Positions 52,201 through 64,000 of a stretch of DNA of 64,000 nt are shown here, one piece after another. A program made the translations under genes and the position numbers. The stretch covers positions 8,866,001-8,930,000 of the forward strand of contig NC_088857.1 in NCBI RefSeq assembly GCF_963853765.1, read 5' to 3'. The stretch's first letter is position 1; each line of letters starts with the position of its first letter. Under the pieces are notes generated by a model. That model was not told the DNA's origin, did not search any database, and saw only the letters and a list, made by a program, of their open reading frames with translations. The stretch is from Magallana gigas (taxonomy: Eukaryota).

Positions 52201-54807
52201 TAGTAAATTGAGTTTAGATTATTTAACTGGAACCGTTATCAAACTGCAAATTGTGCATTGCCCATAAAAAAAACTGGGTTCTCTTTTAATAGACATCAAA
52301 CATTGCACAATAAAACTGTAATGAAAGTGGGCGATCATTAATGATTTGAAATCGCAAGATTACGGGTCAAGCTACGTTTTACCTCAGTCGGAAGACTAGA
52401 TATTGTCCACTTGATAGGGTGAGAGAATTCTTTCCTTGACAGACATCACACTTTAGGTACTGTCGCATTGATGCCAAATAAAGAGTAACAATGTCCTACT
52501 TCAACGCTTAAAGCTCAAACTACTCCGGATATGTTCGGCTACATATCCTAGGAATCTTTTGCTTGTCTGGCAATATCACCCCCGAAGGAGTACATGATCC
52601 ACATTAAAGTCAAAGACCGTTCTGGTTTCTTTGGTTTTCTTGAATCACAATTCTTTTTATAAACTACAATATTTCTCATTGACATGAATTTTGAATTTTA
52701 AAAACTTTGTCTTGTGGATTTGTTCGCTTTTAGTTTGCTATGTCGCTATATTCATTACAAGCGCATGATACATGAACCGAGGTTTTTAAGATATATGAAT
52801 GGTATCCATTAGATAGATTTGTTGTTTTTTTTTTGTGGATAATGTTTTGCATATGGGGTTTTTTAAATACTAAACGTAACAAATCTATTTTTCATCCAAT
52901 AGTTTCAAAAAACAATTTTTTAAATAATTTTAAACTGCTTTATATATCAATGTTTACTATGGGCTATATGACAATTCTGTTGGAAATTGTACAAATTTCA
53001 GGTTTTGAGGTGTTTTTTGTAATTAAAACAAAACGATTCATAACTTTATATCATAACGATAAGTATTTGCTCAGGAAAATGTTATAAAAAATAGAATATT
53101 TTGATTGTTAACATTCCGCGTCGTTTTTTGGTTAATAATATCACATGTCACTTTTTAGCATTTTACCCGATTCACATGTGTAAAGCACAGTTTGTATCAT
53201 ATGATTGTTACGAGAAATGTCATTAGATCCCAAAAATACTTTTACCGGGAGTATTGATTAAATTCTATGTTACATTTATTGAAAACGATGTTAAACATTA
53301 TATTTGATGCATTTTTGTGACGTCATATGTACTTTTAATCACGTGACAGTCGAATCCTTATATCGCAAATTCTAAATAATTTGCATCGGCGCAGGTTATT
53401 AATGACATTAAATCAGAAATATTTTTAAGATAAATCCTTTGTTATGTCATATATTCTTTGGAGTTCTTGATTGACTTGAAATAGATATTTCGTTTATGAA
53501 AGATATTGTTGAAACATTCCAGAAAGTCATCAAAATAATGCACATTTTTACTAATCAAAAGCGATTTACAAAAAAATTGGGGTAAATCCATAGGTTTCCC
53601 AAGTACGATTCACAATGGTACTTATATAGACCAATCCACACCTCTCAAAAGTTATGTCCCTTCGCCGCCATCATTGGAGAAAAACCCATAAATTTAATTT
53701 CTCACAGTAGCCTTTGTAGTTTAAAGGTTTATACCTGTAACTTTGACATTTGACATTAAAAATCCAGTATCCGTTCTGTATTTTTATTGCCCCAAAATGG
53801 GGCAAAACACGTATCGAAGGAATAAATTAAATTCCAAAAGGTTTTATCACAGGACGCCAAAATACTTGGTTGCATAAAGAAGGAAAAAGTTGGTTTTTTC
53901 CCTTTTGACCTTTGGGTTGACCCCGCAAAGGGAAACAACTTTTGCAAAGTGTGGATTGGACTAGTATTCTCTACCAATTTTACGTACAATATTCTAAAAT
54001 TGTGTTGATCTTGAAAATCACCTGAGCCAAGCTAGTTTTTACAAACATTCAGTTGTTTACATGTAGCAGGGAGTGTCTCCAAACCATTAGTTAATAAATA
54101 CGGCGGCTGTTGACAGGTGTGCTCACTTTTCATGCAAGATGAAAGTAGGGCAGACGGTAAGTGAAATAGTGTGAAAACGACATGGATGGAAAGTGGGGCG
54201 GTACAGACTGGCGGAAAGGGAACATGTTAGACTACATGTTGCACCCTGTCCCGGGGGTCATCTCTCTGCAGGGAATACGGTAGGGTGGGGTCAAAATGGG
54301 CCAAAATGGGTAAACTTTTGACATTACACAGGAGGGTCAATTAGACATTTAATTTGACCAGAAAAAGATGTGTCATTTTGGGTAAATTTTAAACCTTAAT
54401 GTCCCTCCTTAAGTCAAACAGGTAGATACAAATCATTTTGATCCAGTCGTGAGATTATATTTTTCCCGCAACACAGTGATATGCAATTTCATGCATCCAA
54501 ACAACTGTCCCCTGCTACCCTCAAAGTCGTGTTTTTTGATTGGAGCACTATTGAAACTAATGTGGTGTCCTCTTTTATTTTTTTAAATTCAAATTACCTT
54601 CTTTTGAAACACTGGAAAATTTTAATCGAATTTAGGGGCAATAAACATCGATAAGTACCAGTCAATCAATGATCAAACTAAACTTTTAAAAAACAAAATG
54701 GCTGCCAATATGGCGGCGCCCAGGGCTGGAAGAAAATTTTTTTGGCCTTAGTACCCCTGATTCAATTTTCATTTTCACTGATTTTCTTATACATACGTGT
54801 TACCATT

Positions 54808-54862
54808 AATCCTCGCTTCGCGAGGCGGGCTTTGCCCGCATCTCGCTGCGCTTGGTATAATT
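54808..54862. mobile_element. Terminal hairpin of a probable Helentron/HINE-like element
   Basis: CCTCGCTTCGCGAGG and GCGGGCTTTGCCCGC stem-loops end in ...TTGGTATAATT. The extent of the element was not determined. Confidence 0.4.
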
Positions 54863-57800
54863 CACTTTTAACGTTAGATACATTCCCTGAGAACTACCGA
54901 CAGTAATGCAGATCGTGACGTCAAAGTTAATTATGACGTCATATCGCATAAATTACAGACAAGTGACTTTCTACATATCGCTGTCAAATCAATCGGAAAG
55001 CCTTAACATGCCCGCTTATATAAGAATAAAGTAAAGTATTCAAATTGTAAAGCTAAAATGTGTGTTAATTTTCATCACCAAATAAAAGTGTAGCTTAAAA
55101 CATAATTTGCGAAAATGTAAGGCAGATCTGATGGTTAAGTTGACCATTCAGCCTCCTGAAGAAATTTCTGGAAAAAAACTCCTTGCTCTGACGATTACGT
55201 ACACAGTCTTGAATCGGCCATGTTTACAGTTTAAACGTGTTTAGAAAAAGGTTACGTAATATCCTTCCTCTTTAAATGCAAGGCTGATGAATTCTTGATT
55301 AGAAATCGTTCCTTGCGCAATGCAACCTGAAAAAAATGAATAATTACTTCTCAAATCTTTTTGTAAATTTCAAAGATGAACGGATAGCAGGATATGATTC
55401 GGGTATATTGGTGTTTTTTAGCCAATGAATCGGACTGGTTCATGCACGTAGTCTATGGTTCATATAAAATGAGCCGCCAATCGATGAATTCATCGATGAA
55501 TTCAAGTCGACCATTACAGTGTGTTCTCTGATTGGGTAGTAAGTATTAAATTATGCTTCCTTCATTAACATTTTATATTAATTGTATCAAACTGAATTGT
55601 ATTTAGAATATTTAGCTTTGTTTTGATCCAACATGGTTCAGGTGCGGTAACATTTGAGTAAAATATTTTCATCTGATCAATCAATCAAAATTACATGTAT
55701 TTTCGTCAGTCATACGAAAAGGTTTTGGACAACGTAATCAAATAGTACGTAATATCGTATTCGCAAAAAAGCTGATATTTGAGGCAGCATTATCTGTTTA
55801 TTTTGAACAAAACATATATTTTTAAAATCAATTTTATAACAATTAAAACAGTTTTTTTTGCACCGGAAATCGTTTGATTTAAGTATAGATTATACATGAA
55901 ATAAACCACAATAGCTACTATATTTCTCAATCTGAATGTCTTTCAAAATTATTCAAGAAAAAAACCAATACCAAATCGTCGGTCAAGTATGAATTTTCTT
56001 TAACCTAAAATATTTTCAGACTGCGCAGAGGTTGTTTTACCCAAGGTATCTTAATTTCACCCAAAACTTGGGAATTTTTATTTTTCTGGGGGTTTAAACC
56101 CTTAAATACATCCTTTTCAGGTAAAATCATTCTTTCATATCCACAACACCGATCGTTCTCCGTGCAAGGTTTCAAAATTCCCCCGGCGTCGTATTTATTT
56201 CAAATTCATGCAAGATCCTCTTTAAAAAGACTAATTTAAGAGATGACCTCGACTGACACTGCTGCTTGTATGCGTGCTTCATTATTTATTCAACATTTTA
56301 TTCAAATACAGCCGCTGCTTATCAATATAAAAATGAATTTGATGGAGTTTAAAGTATTTTACCTGAATCGTGTTCGGGTTGCCGTATTTAGACCTGTTTC
56401 ACAAAAGAATGAGGAACCCCTGGAGAGGATTGTTAGAATAATTTGTTTACCCCCAATTTTACCCTAGATACCCGTATTAGCATCAGGGATGATAGATTTC
56501 AAAATTCTGTAATGAAAAATTTACTTGCTCATCCTAAACATTGCTAAAAATTTAGTAGATCGGTAAACCGTAAAAAAGTGAATGTACCAGAACCCGGGGT
56601 CATTATGTGGTATATAGAAATCTCAGTTTTTGAATTAGTAGTTTTGCCACCTTAATTTATATGTCACGTAAAAGCTAAGAACGATTTTCGCTACATGATA
56701 TAAAAAATTTTGCATGGGAACAAGAACCCTGACCTTGAGTTCAACTTCTATTTGTTTTAGATGCTTTCTGCCTGTATCTGTACAAAATTCTTAGTCGGTC
56801 TGATGACCAGGAAAACAAAACAAAAAAATAGATTTTACGAATTCTATCAATTTTTACAGTTTTACCATTTGAAACTTAATAATCTCTGAAACTCGGGGAA
56901 AAGAAATTTTCAAACCAATTTTTCGCCTTTCCCATAAATGCTACATACATAATTTGTTTAGAATTGTTAAGGGTTTTTTTCTCTGAAAAAAAAGTTAAAA
57001 ATGTTAAGGACGAGAGACTAAAATACCGAATAGAATTATTTTTTAAAATAAAATAATTTACATGTATATGCTTTTTATATACATTTGAAAGGCGACAGCA
57101 GATAATGAGAGGGGGGAGATGAAAGGTCTGTTTTTATTAAGATTGCATTTATATTCTTACAGAGTGGAGAAGTGCCTCTTCTGCATAGTGTTTTTGTTTG
57201 TTTTTTTAATTTTTTAATTTTTTTTTTTTTTTTTTTTTTTTTTTGAAAAATGTAATTCTGAAGATATTCCAAGACCCTGACCGACATCTGTACTTAAGAC
57301 GATATTAAATCTGTGCTTCGCACAGTTAAACTTACTATCCATGAACCAAGTACCATAAGTATTGTCCCGAAAAAAACAGAGCCGGTTTGCTTATCTTAAA
57401 CTTTTTCATCTGAAGAATGCCCAGATACATTTGTCAGTGAGGTTTTTTTTTTCAAATCTCGATTTAACAAAATATTATGAAGTTATCTGATAGAATCTGT
57501 ATAGTAGTTTTGAAATACTTAGCATCCCTTTTATTGCTGTGCAGTGCATTGCTTTTATGGTATAGCCTTGGGATAAGCTCCTTTGTTGTATTAAGTTTAG
57601 GGTCAGCACGTTCCTGCTGAAATGCTAACGTTTCTGGTAAACAACCAATGTTCAAGGTTCTAAATGCATGATTTAATTAATTTAAACAATAGAGCTTGTT
57701 TAACATGTTACATAATGTAGGTCTGGCTCTAATCTTTCATCCCCTATTTCGAAATCCCTAAAGTAGAAATCGCTACAACGCAGTTACAAACCATGAACGC

Positions 57801-58704
57801 ATTAAACTAGCCCACATTCCTTCAATTGATATTTCAGTGTTGTGGTTTTTTTTACCTGCTTGAGCCACATAAATTTTCTGATCACAAATTTTCATCGCTG
57901 TCGTTTCTCTTCGTCGATACTACGTAGTAAATTTCAATCAAACCAAGTTCAACAGCAAAATAATCATTTTGCAACACGCTATTAAATATCGTCAAGTGAT
58001 GATGCAGTCGTTCTGTCTAAGGGAGAAAATTGGAGAAAGATTTAAATTACAGAAGATTGAGTGATTTATCACTATAAAAACTTTTACACAAGCTTCCTTT
58101 TTTCTAATATGTTATTGAAATTTGTTTAACTACAAAAGTATATCCAACTTTTCACATACGATGTTTTTGCAGTTGCAGTAATGTTTAAAATGTTTAAAAT
58201 GCATTATAATATTTAAAAGTTTTGATATATCAAACGCTTCACATAAAGATATATCTAAATGTAAATAAATTACTATCATATTAAGAAATAGTGATATTGT
58301 AGCTAGATATCTGTTTTAAAACACTGCTTTAAAACAAAGTATAAGGTTCACTTAAAAATACAATAAAATTTGCACTAATTAATTTCAAAAATATTTTAAA
58401 ACTTCACCTCAGAAGGAAACTTTTATAAACAAAACGATAAAGAGTATCTATTTCATTGACTTTGCACCCAAAGTAAAAACATCCAAAAAAATTTCAACAT
58501 AGCCCACTTTTATTCTTTAATTGTGATAACTTGTAACTAGTTTAAGCTAGATTGACAAAGACGTTCTATACATATTGAGTTGCAAAATGATACTAACAAG
58601 CTTTATGCATGCGTTTTTATTTTGATTTTAAAAAAACCACAAATTGTAAAATGCTGAGAATTATGTTGAAAGTATGACTTTGTATTATATTTCGTTTAAA
58701 GGTA

Positions 58705-60502
58705 ATGAAGAAAAGGTAAGATATTTTTAGTTATATAGATGTCTATGTTCTCACGTATGTATTTTTTACTAACACTTGTGAGCCTTAAATAAAATAACTA
58801 ATAGATTTTTTCTTCTTACTTTGAAATCATATAAGACATTTTTCGAATATCACATATTTACTGGACAAGTAATGGATTACATTAAAATGTAAATAATGAA
58901 GTGAAACAAAACTCAATATCAGTATGCTACCGCAGATAAATAACATAAAAAACTATTTTAATTTGAACAAAAAATTATAAAACAAAACATGTGACTGTAT
59001 TATTTAAATTCCATTGCTATTTCAATATGAAATCATTTTAAGCGGTATTTCAATTTTATACTGCTTTAATAAAATAATTTCCTGTTTGAATTGATAGTAC
59101 TCATGAACAGCAGATCATCGTTCAAGTTCAAATGGCAAGTTATACTTTCATCAAGCTTTGTAACAATTCTTATCTTATCTATTGTTGAAAATATGCACCA
59201 AATTTGGTAAATTTCATTGAGATTTTGCAAGATAAATTGGCATGCAATAGGGACATGTGAAAAAATGCCCACCCCCCCCCCTCGCCCCCCCCCCCAAAAA
59301 AAAATTATTCTAAATTAGTCATTCGTAATTTTCCATTGTTTTGGTATCGTGTCAATATGAATGCACATAATGTACAAAATACCTTTATCTACTACATTAA
59401 TGCAGCATTCTAGGGGGTTTTTTAGGCAGTAATTAGGAGAATTTATTATAATTTTTTTTTATTTCAAAGTTTCAACTCCTGCTTCAGAAATCTTTCAGCG
59501 GGGAACATTCGTGTTCAGCTAGTCGTTCTGAATTCCTTGTGTTTAGTACTCATGGTCTTTGCGCTAATGTATACCAACAACGTTCATCGTACTCCCCCTT
59601 CTCATTCTCAGCCTTATGAGTGCAAAGAGGATTTCGGGTATGGAAAAGCATCTTTGGAAGAAATAATCTCAGGAACAGCCCAACAATTAGACCACCCAAA
59701 TTTTACGTACATCAGGAATGCCAATAAAACCTGTATACCAAATTCTGACGTGATTCTACTGATTTTAGTGAAGTCTGCTGTTGGACATTTTAGAAAGAGG
59801 CAGTATATCAGAGAAACATGGGGTAAAGACGCAAGAAAAAGAGGATTCAAAATTGCTTTTCTTTTAGGCTTTAGCAAATTTGAAGACGCTATCGTAGGTA
59901 TCGAAAATGGGCTCCACGAGGACCTTATTCAACAGAACTTCGAGGATTCCTACGTAAATAATACGCACAAAATCAAGATGGCGTTATCCTGGATATCTGA
60001 ATATTGCAAACAAGCAAAATACATTCTCATTGTTGACGATGATATGTATGTGAATATTCCAAACACAATAAGCTTTATTTTACAAGAAGCCGTTAGTCCC
60101 GATGAAGATTTCTACAGTGGACATCTTATTCCTGAGCCCTATCCAGATCGCTGTCTCAAAAGCAAGCATTTTATTTCAAAGACCCAGTATCCATTTGCTT
60201 GTTATCCGCCTTATATAGCCGGTGGTAGCATATTACTAAACAAATACACGGTGGAACAGTTCGTTAGAGTAATGCAATTCATTCCTTACCTGCCATTTGA
60301 TGACGTGTTTCTTGGATTTATCGCTCAAAAACTGGGGATTGAACCTACCAATAATGCTTATATAAGCTTAGAAGAACGCACCACAAATGCAAATGATATT
60401 AAGAATTTTATTTCGCAACATGGATATAATACTAATATTTTGTTTCGAATTGCATATAACAATACCCATATGCAAATGAAAACGGTAATAAAATTGGTTT
60501 AA
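58705..60502 (+). CDS. Beta-1,3-galactosyltransferase-like (GT31 family) type II membrane glycosyltransferase
   Basis: The main exon 59470-60502 follows a T-rich tract and TTTCAAAG. Motifs: LLILVKSA, RQYIRETWG, EDLIQQNFEDSYVN, IVDDDMYVN (DxD), YPPYIAGG, PFDDVFLG. TM VVLNSLCLVLMVFALMY. The ORF track start is a TTG; a 14-nt micro-exon 58702-58715 supplies an in-frame ATG (MKKSFNSCFR...), and that start is inferred. Confidence 0.9.
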
Positions 60503-62268
60503 AGTAAAGACAATTTACCTACAAAAAATGGTGTATATTTCTTTCAAAAGGGTAAAAGGTTTTGAGTGTGAAATACATAGAAATATGAAAAAATCAATAA
60601 AATAAAAAAAAGTGAACATTTTTTTAATATCAACATTTTTGGCTTAACAACATATTGTCCAGACCAAAAAGAAGATCTGCCAAAATTGAGGACAAAAGCT
60701 AGTCCAGACCAGAAGTATGACATGAAAACTGAGTGAATGTCTGACATCATTTTATGATATTAAAATAAATCAACATAAAATTAACACAAACACACTTCTT
60801 ATGATTCGGATTTGAAAGTATATATTCTTAAACAGCAAATTGGATAATAAATAAAGCACCAGAAATTGTGAACGACACTACACTATAATTTGAAGGTCCA
60901 CTAGTGTGTTATATCATTATAATTTGATCCTTGGGATCCCAACATGCCCACAACTGGCGGGTGTCCTAGCCAAGGTTTTACTCTGGCATATCTCTTCCTC
61001 TACATTGAAAAAAAGCTGTCGCCTTTGATTTATCTGTTGAACTTTACAAAATAAAACATCACTGCAAAAGGTGTGTTAGTATCTTAGATATGTCTAATGA
61101 ATTGAGTTAGAACAGCGAGTTCTGTGGCTCTACGAAAGAAGAACAATTTTCTTCATCAAACGTGTTATTAAATTCTGAAAACTAAACATATGTATACGGG
61201 ATAAAACATTATTAATAATGCACGAAATACTAGTATACATTTATTGTACAAAGGTACAGACTGACAAATCACAATTAATCTTCAGCTCAGAATATGTAAT
61301 TAAGTTTATGTAAATATAAGAGACCACATTGGGCTCTTTAAACGGAGTATTTATTTTAGGAATATCAGCATGTTTTTGTCTATTTATTCATTTTTTGCTT
61401 TGTTAAATGATACAAAAGGTAAAGCAGAGTAGATCATTCAATCGAGAAGAGTAGATTATATTTCTGATAATTGTAATTATTTCACATACTTCACAAGCAA
61501 GACAGCTACAGCATGAGGGTTTGTATCAAACATTGCGAGATACTGACCCACAACAACCCTGGTACAACAAAATTGGAGTCAAAGTAATATTTCCTGCATT
61601 TTGCTAAATTCAAACCCCTCATTTAGTGGCCTGTAATGTTTTAACATGCCGTGCACACATCCTGAATCGAGCAAATGATAATTTTAAATTATTGGTTGGA
61701 AAAATGTGTCCCGAGCTAAAATTTATTTTGTGCGAAACCATTATAATATCGATGAAGAAGAGAAAGCAATAATTTATCAAAACCAAAGTATTGCTTACCG
61801 GGGGTGGGGGTGGGGGGGGGGGGGGGGGGTGGGGTGGTGGTGGTTTAAACAAATTTCAATGAAATCGGTCTCTATGAGTGAGGAAAATTTTAATTAGCAG
61901 CCGATATGTGCATCAAAATTTAATAATCACATGATTACGATAGATATTAAAGTAAAATTTCATTTTAATTCATATCTGGTAATTATTTTTCGAAATTTTT
62001 ACAAAGCAAAATTCTTTTTTTTTTTTGGAATGTATTTCGGTCTGTAAACAGATGTCTTCCCCCCCCCCCCCCCCCCCCCCCCCGTGAAACGACAAACCCT
62101 TTGGTATAAATATGCTGAATAACAATTATATGTAAAACCCCTCAAAAGAAATTTTTGTTTCACGGGGAGGGGGGATGTTTTAAAAAACTTTTACGTTTTC
62201 CGTTATTTTGTTATTATGAAATGAGCTATTTTAGCCCAAAATACAAAGTTATCTCTCTTTGTTTGACC

Positions 62269-62333
62269 CATCTTCGCTAGCCAAGGGTTTCCGAGAAGCG
62301 TTGTGTATCGGAAACCCTTGGCTAGCGAAGATG
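62269..62333. mobile_element. 65-bp mini-MITE with perfect 26-bp TIRs and 9-bp TSD
   Basis: CATCTTCGCTAGCCAAGGGTTTCCGA - 13 nt - TCGGAAACCCTTGGCTAGCGAAGATG. TGTTTGACC is directly repeated at 62260-68 and 62334-42. Confidence 0.85.
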
Positions 62334-64000
62334 TGTTTGACCAAATCATTTATATTGAAGGATTACATTTACTTGAATGAAAAAAAAAATCCACTGATGA
62401 TAATGAAAATCCATTCATTGTATGTTAAAGACCTTTGATTGTAGTGTTATTTTGAACTTTCAAAAAAGTAGGCCAATGACCTACTTTTTTTAGTTAATGG
62501 CCATTGAATATTTTTTGAAAACTTCAAGAAAAATCCAATAAAATTTTAAACTACGATTGAAATTTTCTTTATTGTAAAAATATTACAAATAATAAACACT
62601 TTTAAAAATAAAATGCAGTTTATGAATGGTCATGGCACTAAATAGGTACAAAGCTTCAAGATTTAAGCAACAATTTTTAATAATATTCAAGTCCGAATTC
62701 CCTCCATCAGTTTTCAAATCCCTACGCATTTTTGATCCAATTTTACAACAAATTGAACGATGATAAAACAAAAAACATTTATAGTATTGAACTACTTATA
62801 TTGACCTTATCTGTTAGCATAAATTTTACGTGAGTTCAAATATCAAAATTTTGAGATATGGTGTCTTTTATCGTTTTTAAGCATTTTTTGATATTTGTGG
62901 AATTCGTGTCATACGATTATTTTAATGATTAAGTGAGGTAAAACCAACAGAAAATATGCAAATTATATAGACAAAAATATTAAATCTTATAATTTAATAT
63001 TAGAGTTCTGCCAAAAATGTTTTAGCGGAAAACAAAATCTGCAAAATTTAGTGCTAATGTCCTCTGTTTGTCTAAAAGTCTAAAAGTCTATATTTGAGCC
63101 TAATTCCATAATAAAGTAAAAATATTGAATCTATTGTCAATAATAATTCATTTCATAAATATTTTTTCGTTTAGAACTAATTTTACCCATTACATTTCAA
63201 CTTTATGACAATCCGAATTTGAGAACTGAAACCCTGAGTAAACAACACCCTTAATGAAAATATACATAAATGTTTACATTATTTAAAAAAATTACTTTAA
63301 TTAGACAATTTTCAAAAAATGACTTTTAGTTAGGCGGCTAGACAATGCTCTCGTTCGCAGTCCTTTAATAGATATAGTAAATATAGTTGCGTCATAAAGT
63401 AAATATTGGCCCATAAAACATGTATTATACATTTATTTTAATTTGTTCTCTGATTTACCGAATCTCTTTTCATTTATTCTAATTAATAAACGAACATATG
63501 TATATCGACGTTATTTAAAAAAAAGCTTATTCTTCCATACATGGAAAGTCCGTCATTACATCTCAGCCAGTACGTACACCTTCAAGTGATGCTCCAGTTG
63601 AAAGGGAGGTAACCAGCTGAGGTTTTCTGAACGATAAGTTAATTACAGAAGGAAGTCCTTACAATCCGTAATTATTAAATCCACGCATGATAAAGTTAAC
63701 CTCGCGGTATACAATTAAACAACGTATTACATGTACATTTAAACATATATTATTGGTATTTCACTTATACACTGAACACTAATAGTAAATTGCATGCATT
63801 TATAAGCGTGTTTAAAAATTCAAATTCAAACAAGTTGATGTTATGTTTAGATCGTGATTAGACGTAGCAAGAAACAAGATAAACACGGTCAGATATCTTA
63901 AGAATCAAGGGTTAAGTACTCAATAGACGTAATTACAGAGTTCGTTAACAATCAGCATCCTGACGAAACCAGTGAATGGTGTAATCCGAAATCCACATAC

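Noticed and set aside
51576-53989. ORFs of 77-137 aa in the 46.5-58 kb interval
   Set aside because: They have AT-rich low-complexity composition, no domain motifs and no phase-consistent exon chain.
57075-57287. Poly-Lys ORF
   Set aside because: It is a translation of a poly-T tract.
61619-61897. Poly-Pro and poly-Gly ORFs
   Set aside because: They arise from a G homopolymer tract and have no splice or domain support.
1-64000. CRISPR arrays, rRNA, intact tRNA genes or prokaryote-type operons/defence systems
   Set aside because: None were seen. The window is intron-rich animal DNA and its repeats are microsatellites, transposons or segmental duplications.

Overview
AT-rich eukaryotic (animal) genomic DNA with spliced genes and no prokaryotic features. 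The repeat content (Helentron-associated elements carrying a ~165-bp satellite-like monomer, TTAA-targeting non-autonomous transposons) and a RING-less B-box/NHL gene point to a Crassostrea/Magallana-type oyster; this is an inference. I reconstructed six genes by hand from GT/GC-AG junctions with consistent codon phase: (1) a B-box protein with two tandem NHL-type propellers (+, 2869-6431); (2) a 17-exon single-pass cadherin-like protein with an unassigned N-terminal domain and a PPxY tail (-, 17635-8797); (3) Rheb (+, 8 exons, 19140-23692); (4,5) two tandem secreted CAP(SCP/PR-1)+kringle paralogs (-, 28587-26294 and 34485-31195); (6) a GT31 beta-1,3-galactosyltransferase-like gene (+, 58705/59470-60502). 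The most notable non-gene features are an apparently very recent non-autonomous LTR element with non-canonical TA...TA termini, inserted immediately beside a cadherin splice donor, and an ~11-kb ORF-less higher-order degenerate array (35.7-46.5 kb) whose units mostly keep splice-donor motifs. Most short ORFs in the supplied track are spurious, antisense or single exons. All alignments were done by eye and no database searches were run.
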